The notes under the pieces: model-generated | Databases searched by the model: none | Seen by the model: only the letters and a program-made list of their open reading frames with translations | Told to the model about the DNA's origin: nothing | Shown here: in pieces, positions 1 through 7,396 of the stretch | Layout: the number at the start of each line of letters is the position of its first letter | Numbering within the stretch: position 1 is the stretch's first letter | Source of the DNA: Fibrobacteria bacterium | GTDB lineage: Bacteria; Fibrobacterota; Fibrobacteria; UBA11236 | Assembly: GCA_043732185.1 (NCBI GenBank) | Contig: JAYTHY010000024.1 | Location: 1 to 15,599, forward strand | Direction: 5' to 3' | Length of the DNA stretch: 15,599 nt | Translations under genes and position numbers: made by a program

Positions 1-128
1 CAGCCTGTCACCAAGTGGCCACGACTCATCCAGAACGACTATCAAAAAGGGGAAATCCAATTCGAAATCAGGAGATCATGAGTTTCCGAAAGGCATTGCG
101 GTTAGATGCGGTAGTTTGCTTCATTTAC

Positions 129-157
129 TTGCAAGGCACGGGGCTCGGTGCTATCTT
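129..157 (+). promoter_or_regulatory. Sigma70-type promoter of tRNA-Lys
   Basis: TTGCAA (129-134), a 17 bp spacer, then TATCTT (152-157) preceded by an extended -10 TG (149-150). It lies 20 nt upstream of the tRNA and also reads TATCTTTG, matching the Bacteroidota TAnnTTTG box. Confidence 0.7.
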
Positions 158-177
158 TGCCACTCCTTCGAAAGTCG

Positions 178-250
178 GAGCTAGTAGCTCAGTTGGTAGA
201 GCAGCGCCCTTTTAAGGCGTGGGTCGTGGGTTCAAATCCCCCCTGGCTCA
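178..250 (+). tRNA. tRNA-Lys (anticodon UUU)
   Basis: Cloverleaf: acceptor GAGCTAG/CTGGCTC with discriminator A, D-arm GCTC-AGTTGGTA-GAGC, anticodon arm GCGCC-CTTTTAA-GGCGT (TTT at 211-213), T-arm GTGGG-TTCAAAT-CCCCC. Length 73 nt, CCA not encoded. Confidence 0.97.
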
Positions 251-256
251 GATCTT

Positions 257-314
257 GAACCCCCGGGTTGTCCGTTTCCCTTGGAAATGGCCGATACCGG
301 GGGTTCTTTATTTG
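257..314 (+). terminator. Probable intrinsic terminator or processing hairpin after the tRNA
   Basis: Perfect 10 bp inverted repeat GAACCCCCGG (257-266) / CCGGGGGTTC (297-306), with inner pairing TTTCC-ctt-GGAAA, followed by TTTATTTG. Confidence 0.65.
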
Positions 315-358
315 ATTCCATTCCATTCAATTCAATTGCAAAAACTAGATTTGCGGGC

Positions 359-1270
359 ATGAAATACCGTACTTTAGGCAGCACTGGCTTTGATGTTTCC
401 GTCATGGGATTGGGAACTTGGCAATTTGGCGGCGAATGGGGCAAGGACTTTACCGTCGCAGAAGTTGAGGCCATCTTAACTCGTGCCCAAGATCTTGGCA
501 TCAATTTGCTTGATACCGCAGAATGTTATGGCCCCGATCACCTTTCGGAAACTCTATTGGGCAAAGTGCTAAAAGCAAACGGCACCCGGTCCAAATGGTT
601 CATTGCCACCAAGTTTGGGCACGATTATTTGGGGCACAATGATCGCAAGCCTGCCTGGTCCAGGGCGCAAGTGGCGCAGCAATTGGAAGCCTCTTTGCGC
701 GCCTTGGGGACGGACCATATCGACCTGTACCAATTCCATTCCGGTCAGGATCCTGATTTTTTTCGGGAGGAATTGTGGAGCGAACTGCAAGTGCAAGTTG
801 CCGCTGGAAAAATCAGGCATTTGGGGGTTTCCATCAGTTCTCAGGGAGAGAATTTGGGTCAGGTGGAAGCGGCGTCCAAATTTGGGATTGAGGTTATTCA
901 GTTGGTTTACAATCGTTTGGATCGGGGTCCAGAGGCAAAGGTGCTGCCGGCCTGTGCTCGCTTAAACTTGGGCGTGCTGGCCCGAGTTCCTTTGGCCAGT
1001 GGTTATTTGAGTGGAAAATATCAGCCTGGCAACCGCTTTCCGGAAGGGGATGTACGGGCTTCCCACGAGTCCGTCAAGGCCAGAGCGCGTTTAGAGCAAG
1101 TTTTGGAAATCCAAAAAAGTGAAGTACCGGCGGGCATGGATATGGCACAATGGGCATTGGCATGGTGCCTGCGCGACAAGGTGGTAACCTGCGTGATTCC
1201 TGGGTGCAAAAACCCGAATCAAGTGGAACGCAATGCCATGGCGGCCGACATCAATTGGCCGCCGGTTTAG
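359..1270 (+). CDS. Aldo/keto reductase (NADP-dependent oxidoreductase)
   Basis: MKYRTLGSTGFDVSVMGLGTW N-terminus, catalytic motifs DTAECYG, IATKFG, SLRALGTDHIDLYQFH, GKIRHLGVS, PLASGYLSGKY, VIPGCK. Start moved from 281 to ATG 359 because that is the typical family N-terminus and the upstream part overlaps the terminator. Confidence 0.93.
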   Translation: MKYRTLGSTGFDVSVMGLGTWQFGGEWGKDFTVAEVEAILTRAQDLGINLLDTAECYGPDHLSETLLGKVLKANGTRSKWFIATKFGHDYLGHNDRKPAWSRAQVAQQLEASLRALGTDHIDLYQFHSGQDPDFFREELWSELQVQVAAGKIRHLGVSISSQGENLGQVEAASKFGIEVIQLVYNRLDRGPEAKVLPACARLNLGVLARVPLASGYLSGKYQPGNRFPEGDVRASHESVKARARLEQVLEIQKSEVPAGMDMAQWALAWCLRDKVVTCVIPGCKNPNQVERNAMAADINWPPV

Positions 1271-1306
1271 TGCGAGCCTTACGATTGCTACTTTAGGCAC
1301 TTATCC

Positions 1307-2155
1307 ATGAAAGTTCCCGCCAGACTCTTACCGCTTATTGAAGACGGCATTATCGATGAAGTCATTGGTGAAGTCAAAAGCGGTAAAGAAGCCCAGGTGT
1401 ATTTAGTGCGATGCGGTGAGGACATTCGCTGCGCAAAGGTCTACAAAGACGCCATCAATCGCAGTTTTAAGCAGGCCGTCCAATACCAGGAGGGCAGGAA
1501 AAATCAGAACAGCCGTACCACTCGCGCCATGAACAAGCGAAGCCGTTTCGGGCAAAAAGAAGCCGAGGCATCCTGGATTAGCGCCGAAGTCGATGCGCTG
1601 TTCAAGTTGACCGCTGCCGGAGTGCGGGTTCCCAAGCCTTTCGGTTTTTTCGATGGTGTATTAATCATGGAGTTGATTGCGGATGAAAATGGGTATCCCG
1701 CACCACGGCTGAATGATTTGTCCTTACCCCCGGAAATCGCGCGGGAATACCATGGCGTGCTGATAACTCAAATCGTGCGTATGCTCTGCGCGGGAATCAT
1801 CCATGGCGATTTGTCGGAATTCAATGTATTGGTCGACGTCCAAGGTCCAGTGATTATCGATTTGCCTCAAGCTGTGAATGCCGCCGGCAACTCAAGCGCC
1901 AGCATGATGTTTTATCGAGACGTGAACAACATGACAGAATATTTTGGCGCCTTTGCCCCCGAGCTGTTGGCAACGGAATACGGCAAGGAAATCTGGGCAT
2001 TGTATGAGCGCGGCAAACTCACTTTGGAAACGCCACTTTCTGGAAAATTCAAAGGAAATGAGAAGGCGGCCAATGTGGGTAATGTCCTATCGGCCATTCA
2101 AGATGCCCGGTTTGAGCATGAGCAGAAGCTGCTTAAAAAACAACTGCCAAAGTAA
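1307..2155 (+). CDS. RIO1-like atypical Ser/Thr protein kinase (PA4780-like bacterial group)
   Basis: KSGKEAQVY P-loop, CAKVYK, GVRVPKP, LIMELI hinge, catalytic IHGDLSEFNVL and IIDLPQAV motifs. Confidence 0.92.
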   Translation: MKVPARLLPLIEDGIIDEVIGEVKSGKEAQVYLVRCGEDIRCAKVYKDAINRSFKQAVQYQEGRKNQNSRTTRAMNKRSRFGQKEAEASWISAEVDALFKLTAAGVRVPKPFGFFDGVLIMELIADENGYPAPRLNDLSLPPEIAREYHGVLITQIVRMLCAGIIHGDLSEFNVLVDVQGPVIIDLPQAVNAAGNSSASMMFYRDVNNMTEYFGAFAPELLATEYGKEIWALYERGKLTLETPLSGKFKGNEKAANVGNVLSAIQDARFEHEQKLLKKQLPK

Positions 2156-2200
2156 CAGCCTTCGCCGCCAAAAGGGTCAATTCCATTAGGGGCAGCCTAT

Positions 2201-3367
2201 CTACCCGTTCCGGAACTTGTACTCGTTGTAACCGAATTCCCGCACCACTTTGAGTTCTCCTTCAGCAGTCCAAATGCACAAGGAGGGCAAGGGAATCCCA
2301 TTAAAGGTCGAATTTTTTACGATGGTATAATGGATCATATCTTCAAATACCAGTTTGTCCCCGATTTTTAGGGGTTCAGTGAAACTGTAATCGCCAATGA
2401 TATCCCCAGCCAAGCAGGTGAGGCCCCCCAACCGATAGGTGTGTCCAAGCTTTCCCGGTTCATCGGCATTCCGAATTTCAGGGCGATACGGCATTTCCAA
2501 AGTGTCGGGCATGTGGGCTGTAGCAGAAGTATCCAGTATGGCTATGTCCATACCATTGCGGACAATGTCGACGACGGAGGCCACCAGCGGGCCCGTGCGC
2601 CAACCCACCGCTTCGCCCGGTTCCACATAGACTTCAGTTCCGTGCTTCTCGCGAAAGGTTTTGATAATGCGAATGAGGCGTTCCACATCATAGCCTTGCT
2701 TGGTGATGTGATGGCCACCGCCGAAATTGATCCACTTCATCTGTGGAATAAAGGCGCCGAAGCGTTGTTCGAAATGAGCTACCACCCGCTCCAAGGTATC
2801 GGAATTGTTTCCGCAATGCGCATGAAAATGCAGTCCGTCGATGCCGTCCAGCTCGTCGGGCCGAAATTCTTCCAGGGTTACGCCTAGGCGGGAATGGGTA
2901 TAGCAGGGATCATACAGTGGCGTATGCACTTCCGAATAACCAGGATTGACCCGTATCCCGCAAGAGACGTGTCGGGCAGGTACCGTACCGTGGCCTTTAC
3001 GCATGGCCATAACCTGCGGTTTGAACCGCTTCCATTGGGCAAAGGAATTGAAAACGATATGATCGGCGATGGCCAAGACTTCTGGAAATTCCCGGTCCGT
3101 GAAAGCCACGGAATAGACATGCACCTCTTTGCGCATTTCCTCTTTAGCCAGGCGGGCCTCATTCAAGGAGCTGGCGGTCGCTCCATGCAACACTTCGCGA
3201 ATCCAGGGAAAGGCGCTCCAGAAAGCAAATCCTTTGAGTGCCAGAATGATTTTGCCGCCGCTTTCCTTTTGAATCCGATCAAAGACCGCAAGGTTACCCT
3301 TAAGGAGCGACTCTTCCAGAACATAAGCCGGGGTCTGGACTAGGCTAATATCTAAAGACTTGGCCAT
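2201..3367 (-). CDS. nspC: Carboxy(nor)spermidine decarboxylase (PLP-dependent, group IV fold)
   Basis: TPAYVLEE, LALKGFA (PLP lysine), ASSLNEARLA, YDPC..SRLG, GLHFH, WINFGGGHHIT, EPGEA, HMPDTLEMPYRP, CLAGD, HYTIVK..TFNG. Start set to ATG 3367 (MAKSLD), 4 bp after the stop of the upstream dehydrogenase. Confidence 0.95.
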   Translation of the reverse strand: MAKSLDISLVQTPAYVLEESLLKGNLAVFDRIQKESGGKIILALKGFAFWSAFPWIREVLHGATASSLNEARLAKEEMRKEVHVYSVAFTDREFPEVLAIADHIVFNSFAQWKRFKPQVMAMRKGHGTVPARHVSCGIRVNPGYSEVHTPLYDPCYTHSRLGVTLEEFRPDELDGIDGLHFHAHCGNNSDTLERVVAHFEQRFGAFIPQMKWINFGGGHHITKQGYDVERLIRIIKTFREKHGTEVYVEPGEAVGWRTGPLVASVVDIVRNGMDIAILDTSATAHMPDTLEMPYRPEIRNADEPGKLGHTYRLGGLTCLAGDIIGDYSFTEPLKIGDKLVFEDMIHYTIVKNSTFNGIPLPSLCIWTAEGELKVVREFGYNEYKFRNG

Positions 3368-3371
3368 GCTT

Positions 3372-4568
3372 TCAGGTTTCGTAGGAGACGGTTTCGATCC
3401 AGGGTAGTCCGCACACCAATAGCTCGGACATGAACGGATCCGGGTCCAGGTCTTCCACATTGAATACGCCCGTGCCTTTCCACTTGCCTTGCAGCATCAG
3501 CATGGCTCCGATGAAAGCGGGCACGCCGGTGGTATAGGAAATGGCCTGATTGTCCGTTTCTTTGAAAGCTTCCTCATGGTCGCAAACATTATAAACATAA
3601 AGGCTATTGGGTTTTCCGTTCTTGACCCCTTCGATGACGCAGCCGATATTGGTCTTGCCCTTGGTGCGCGGACCTAAGCTGGCCGGGTCCGGAAGCAAGG
3701 CTTTGAGAAATTGCAATGGAATGATTTTCTGACCTTGGAAATCAACGGGATCAATCCGGGTCATGCCCACGTTTTGTAAAACGCGTAAATGAGTCAGATA
3801 ATTTTCGGAGAAGCTCATCCAGAAACGGATGCGCTGCAATCCTTTCAGGTTCTTGCTGAGGGATTCAAGCTCCTCATGGTACATCAAATAGATTTCCATG
3901 GGTCCCAGTTCAGGAGCATCAAAGGTTTTATGCACGGCCATGGGTTCGGTTTCTATCCATTGGCCCTTTTCCCAGTATTTTCCTTTGGCCGTGACTTCAC
4001 GGATGTTGATTTCCGGATTGAAATTGGTGGCGAAGGGATGGCCATGGTTTCCGGCATTGCAGTCGATGATGTCTACGGAATGGATTTCGTCGAAATGGTT
4101 TTTTTGGGCATGGGCGCAAAAGATATTGGTCACGCCCGGATCAAAGCCGCAGCCGAGCAAAGCCATGATGCCCTTTGCTTTGAACCTGTCTTGATAGGCC
4201 CATTGCCATTTGTATTCAAACTTGGCCTCGTCAGGCGGTTCATAATTGGCCGTGTCGAGATAGTCCACGCCCGTCTCCAGGCACGCGTCCATGATGGTCA
4301 AATCTTGATAGGGCAAAGCGGTGTTGATAACGAGCTTCGGTTTCACTTTTTGGATGAGCGCGACAACTTCCGCAGTGTTGTCCGCATCCACCTGGGCGGT
4401 TTCGATCGCGTACTTGCGTCGCTTTAAAATTTGATCCTTGATTCTGTCGCAACGCGCAAGCGTTCTGCTCGCCAAGACCAGGCTGGAAAAAACTTCGGGC
4501 ACTTGACTGCATTTGTGGGCAACTACGCCGCCAACCCCACCGGCACCGATGATCAGAACCTTGCTCAT
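3372..4568 (-). CDS. Carboxy(nor)spermidine synthase/dehydrogenase (saccharopine dehydrogenase family)
   Basis: Rossmann IIGAGGVG, ALPYQDLTIMDACLETGVDYLDTANYEP, GCGFDPG, FATNFNPEINIRE, YHEELESL, QAISYTTGVPA. Adjacent to nspC, with a GGAG SD upstream. Confidence 0.93.
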   Translation of the reverse strand: MSKVLIIGAGGVGGVVAHKCSQVPEVFSSLVLASRTLARCDRIKDQILKRRKYAIETAQVDADNTAEVVALIQKVKPKLVINTALPYQDLTIMDACLETGVDYLDTANYEPPDEAKFEYKWQWAYQDRFKAKGIMALLGCGFDPGVTNIFCAHAQKNHFDEIHSVDIIDCNAGNHGHPFATNFNPEINIREVTAKGKYWEKGQWIETEPMAVHKTFDAPELGPMEIYLMYHEELESLSKNLKGLQRIRFWMSFSENYLTHLRVLQNVGMTRIDPVDFQGQKIIPLQFLKALLPDPASLGPRTKGKTNIGCVIEGVKNGKPNSLYVYNVCDHEEAFKETDNQAISYTTGVPAFIGAMLMLQGKWKGTGVFNVEDLDPDPFMSELLVCGLPWIETVSYET

Positions 4569-4586
4569 ACTGCTACTCCAACTTTC

Positions 4587-4647
4587 AGGCTTACTGACTT
4601 ACTGGCTTACAGGCTAAGGGTCTACCATATACGTTGGGTGGTAGACC
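4587..4647 (-). promoter_or_regulatory. Structured or repetitive 5' leader of the polyamine operon
   Basis: 9 bp perfect inverted repeat GGTCTACCA (4619-4627) / TGGTAGACC (4639-4647), followed on the minus strand by TAGCCTG TAAGCCAG TAAGTCAG TAAGCCTG just before the SD. Function is inferred only. Confidence 0.35.
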
Positions 4648-4790
4648 TGCCAGATACTTTGGGCGGTTAAATTAGAATTTTTTACCGTGCCATACTGGTT
4701 CGGAAAGTGCCAAATGGGCCAGCTCAACTCAAAAAAAAGAAAGGCCGGGTCTGGCTAAAGTGTATATTTAGCCCTGAATGGGGAGGCTCC

Positions 4791-5180
4791 ATGGACAGTT
4801 GCGAAATCTTGGCCAGTAAAGAATGCGTTCCCTGTAAAGGCGGGGTTCCGGCCCTAAAAGACCCAGAGTTGAACAGCCTTTTAGCCCAATTGGGCCACGG
4901 TTGGAAAGTCATTGCCTCACATCATCTGGAAAAGGAATTCAAGTTCAAGGATTTCCTGACGGCATTGGACTGTACCAACCGCATTGGCGCCATTGCTGAA
5001 GCGCAAGGCCATCATCCTGACATTTACCTGACATGGGGAAAAGTTGGAGTTAAAATTTGGACCCATAAGATCGATGGGCTTACGGAAAGCGACTTTGTCT
5101 TGGCTGCGAAGATTGAATCAACGCACACGCACTTCCTGACCCTTAAAATTCCGCCCCTCACGACTCCCGCTGCTAACTAA
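4791..5180 (+). CDS. Pterin-4-alpha-carbinolamine dehydratase (PhhB/PCD family)
   Basis: CVPCKGG N-terminal motif, LEKEFKFKDF, AEAQGHHPDI, IWTHKIDGLTESDFVLAAKI. ATG 4791 has a GGGAGG SD at 4781-4786. The C-terminus is extended and overlaps the convergent gene. Confidence 0.93.
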   Translation: MDSCEILASKECVPCKGGVPALKDPELNSLLAQLGHGWKVIASHHLEKEFKFKDFLTALDCTNRIGAIAEAQGHHPDIYLTWGKVGVKIWTHKIDGLTESDFVLAAKIESTHTHFLTLKIPPLTTPAAN

Positions 5181-6557
5181 AGGAAAACTCGTGATAACGG
5201 TGGCTCCTTGTCTGGTCAATCCAGGACGCTTTTTGCTGCGAGAATACAGAATTTGATTGGGAAGGGCATATTCATGTGCCCCGATACTGGACGGTGAGCC
5301 AACCGGTCGAACCGTTCCCCAATAATCGGTCGAGACGCGGAAGTCCTTGGCCCCCGCTGCGATACAGGGAGAGCCCGCACGCAACTGGTAGGATGCGGCA
5401 ACCAGGCTCGCACCTCCCACAAATAAGGGATCCCGATAAAGCGAATTTGGATCCAATACGGGCAGGCTTCCTCCTGAGGAATTGTACCAGATATTGTTGC
5501 TGAAAACGGAACTGGCACCGGTTTGAGTATAGGAAAGCATAGCTCCCGATACAGACTGCACAAAAATGTTATTGCGAAACACATTGCTGCCATTGGTCGG
5601 AGACGCGTCTATGCCGATGGATAGAGCATTATTCACGAAGGTGTTATTGGCTATCAGGAACCCGACCAAGCCTCCACCATCATGCCAGAATCCGAATCCC
5701 CGACTGCAATTCACGACGATATTATTCGTGACCACTCCGTTGCGAAGATCGCCTGGCAATCCGAAATTTAGTTCCTCTGCGTTGAGAAAGCCCTGTGGCG
5801 TGCTCCGCGTCAAAGTTGGCGCAGGCCGGTTCGGGGTGCAGTACACCAGGTTGCCGTCGGCTTCAATTGCAGTGCCGTGATCGTTCCAAATATTGACGGA
5901 CCAATTGTCGTATACTTCGTTATGGAGGATATGCGCGCCCTGCGTACCGCCTGTGGTGCTATTTCCCCAAACGCCGATTCCCTCGCCATGATTGGTATGG
6001 ATGCGACAATTGCGCACGACCCAATTGCTGCCGCCGCGAATCGAGATCCCCATTCCCCATCCACTGGTAACGGATTCTGAACGGGGGAAGTTCGACCGAA
6101 CGCATTCAAAAACCTCGCAACCGATAGCCGAAGCATTAGCGCAATTGTCGAAGTTGATGCCTCGATCCCGAGCATAACTGACGCGACAATTCTCAACCGT
6201 CACGTTGTCACCGGTTACGGCAATCCCATGTTGGGAAGAATTTTTCACTTCAAAGCCTCGAAAGACTATATAACGGCCTGAAATGGATACGATGGTTCCT
6301 CCGGCGTTGCCTCCATCAATAATCGGCATTGCACCCGCAGCGGCTTCGAATACGAGAGGAGCTGTTACTGTCCCGGAGTTGGCGATGGTGAAGTGCTGTG
6401 TATAGGTGCCTGCGGACACAAGGACTCTATCGCCGGCCTTGGCCGCTGTAGCTGCGTTTTGCAGGGAACCACCGAGAGGTACAGTAATATCTGTTGCCAT
6501 GGCTTGGGCCATGAGAGTCAAAAAGAAACAAAAGTACCGGATGGTTAGCGTGAGCAT
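5118..6557 (-). CDS. Secreted right-handed parallel beta-helix repeat protein (pectate-lyase-like fold) with a choice-of-anchor-Q-like C-terminal region
   Basis: Signal peptide (AQAMA-TD), AKAGDRVLVSAGTY start motif, many G-I-x-x / V-x-N-C-x-I/V and NN-I/F-V repeats, C-terminal DPLFV..YQLRAGSPCIAAG..DYWGTVRP..IGAHEY. Substrate cannot be determined. Confidence 0.8.
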   Translation of the reverse strand: MLTLTIRYFCFFLTLMAQAMATDITVPLGGSLQNAATAAKAGDRVLVSAGTYTQHFTIANSGTVTAPLVFEAAAGAMPIIDGGNAGGTIVSISGRYIVFRGFEVKNSSQHGIAVTGDNVTVENCRVSYARDRGINFDNCANASAIGCEVFECVRSNFPRSESVTSGWGMGISIRGGSNWVVRNCRIHTNHGEGIGVWGNSTTGGTQGAHILHNEVYDNWSVNIWNDHGTAIEADGNLVYCTPNRPAPTLTRSTPQGFLNAEELNFGLPGDLRNGVVTNNIVVNCSRGFGFWHDGGGLVGFLIANNTFVNNALSIGIDASPTNGSNVFRNNIFVQSVSGAMLSYTQTGASSVFSNNIWYNSSGGSLPVLDPNSLYRDPLFVGGASLVAASYQLRAGSPCIAAGAKDFRVSTDYWGTVRPVGSPSSIGAHEYALPNQILYSRSKKRPGLTRQGATVITSFPLVSSGSREGRNFKGQEVRVR

Positions 6558-7396
6558 ATTTCAATCAACGAGAAAATTTCCTGCCGGGTTTCGAGCGTTC
6601 CCTTGGCATTGGTGGCTACTCGTTGCTCACTGTCTAATAGATCCAAAGCGCTGATTAAAATTCGTCTGGCTTCCTTTTTCTTGTGCAAGACTGTCAGGGC
6701 CTGTGCCCGTCGGAATGCCCAATCTACGCTGCGTGGCCACCAGGATTCCGCTTGCTCGGCTATTGCCAACGCCCGTTTGGTATTCGATTTATCTTTCATT
6801 GCCAAGTACGTGTCAAAGATGGCTTCGGTTGCACCAGGAGAGTGCGGGTATCGAACAAGGCCTGCATGCAAGAGTCCCTCCGGGGCCCGGCCGCTGACGC
6901 GCATACAACGCAGCAGTTCCAAATAATCCGATTCTTCATGATGGGAATTCCAACCATGTTGATACGCCGCAATGGCTGCACAAGTATCCCGATAAGCCAA
7001 ATTGATTTGGGCTAACATCCTGGACTGCTCCGGACCATCGGTGGCACTGTCGCGCATGTTTTCCTGAAGCTGCGTTTTTGCTTGCTGCATATGTCCTAGT
7101 AGGAACAGGTGATAGGCCGATAGTCGCATTCCCTGACTGTGCCAATCGGCATGGGCTAGCAGCGTGTCAATATCGGCATACACCGGATCGCCAGTCCTGC
7201 CATGATCTAGAAGCAGCCAGGCCCGATTCGCGCGTTCCACGTATGCGGAAGGCAGTACCTGAATCCGGTTTCCGATTTTTTCCAAAGTTACGGATAGGTC
7301 GGGATGGGCATGGCCAGGCTTCAAAATCAATAGAATACAGCCGAGAGTTTGGGCCACCTGGCTAGAGTGAGAGGGCCCTGCGAAGAGAAAGTTCAT
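6545..7396 (-). CDS. Putative exported TPR-like alpha-helical protein
   Basis: 283 aa ORF with an ATGA overlap upstream and a 13 bp overlap downstream. Ala/Leu-rich helical repeats (AAIAAYQ, RALAIAEQA, WAFRRAQALTVL.KKKEAR) and a weak signal peptide ending GHA-HPD. Confidence 0.62.
   Translation of the reverse strand: MNFLFAGPSHSSQVAQTLGCILLILKPGHAHPDLSVTLEKIGNRIQVLPSAYVERANRAWLLLDHGRTGDPVYADIDTLLAHADWHSQGMRLSAYHLFLLGHMQQAKTQLQENMRDSATDGPEQSRMLAQINLAYRDTCAAIAAYQHGWNSHHEESDYLELLRCMRVSGRAPEGLLHAGLVRYPHSPGATEAIFDTYLAMKDKSNTKRALAIAEQAESWWPRSVDWAFRRAQALTVLHKKKEARRILISALDLLDSEQRVATNAKGTLETRQEIFSLIEICSR

Noticed and set aside
1..81. Possible 3' end of an upstream gene (frame 1, QPVTKWPRLIQNDYQKGEIQFEIRRS*)
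   Set aside because: Too short to support without upstream sequence.
15..215. 66 aa ORF on the + strand
   Set aside because: It runs through the tRNA promoter and into the tRNA, and has no recognisable motif.
1307..2155. Kinase as part of a toxin-antitoxin or anti-phage system
   Set aside because: Motifs match the widespread RIO1-like family, and there is no adjacent antitoxin or defence gene.
3789..4427. 212 aa + strand ORF, and similar antisense ORFs such as 2441-2887, 2894-3343 and 12527-13225
   Set aside because: They lie entirely opposite well-supported genes and show no motifs. They are expected shadows of codon bias.
4676..4712. Sigma54 promoter from two minus-strand TGGCAC motifs
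   Set aside because: Neither has the required TTGC -12 element at the correct spacing.
178..5180. tRNA-anchored genomic island or prophage
   Set aside because: No integrase, no repeat of the tRNA 3' end seen in the window, and the downstream genes are ordinary metabolic genes.
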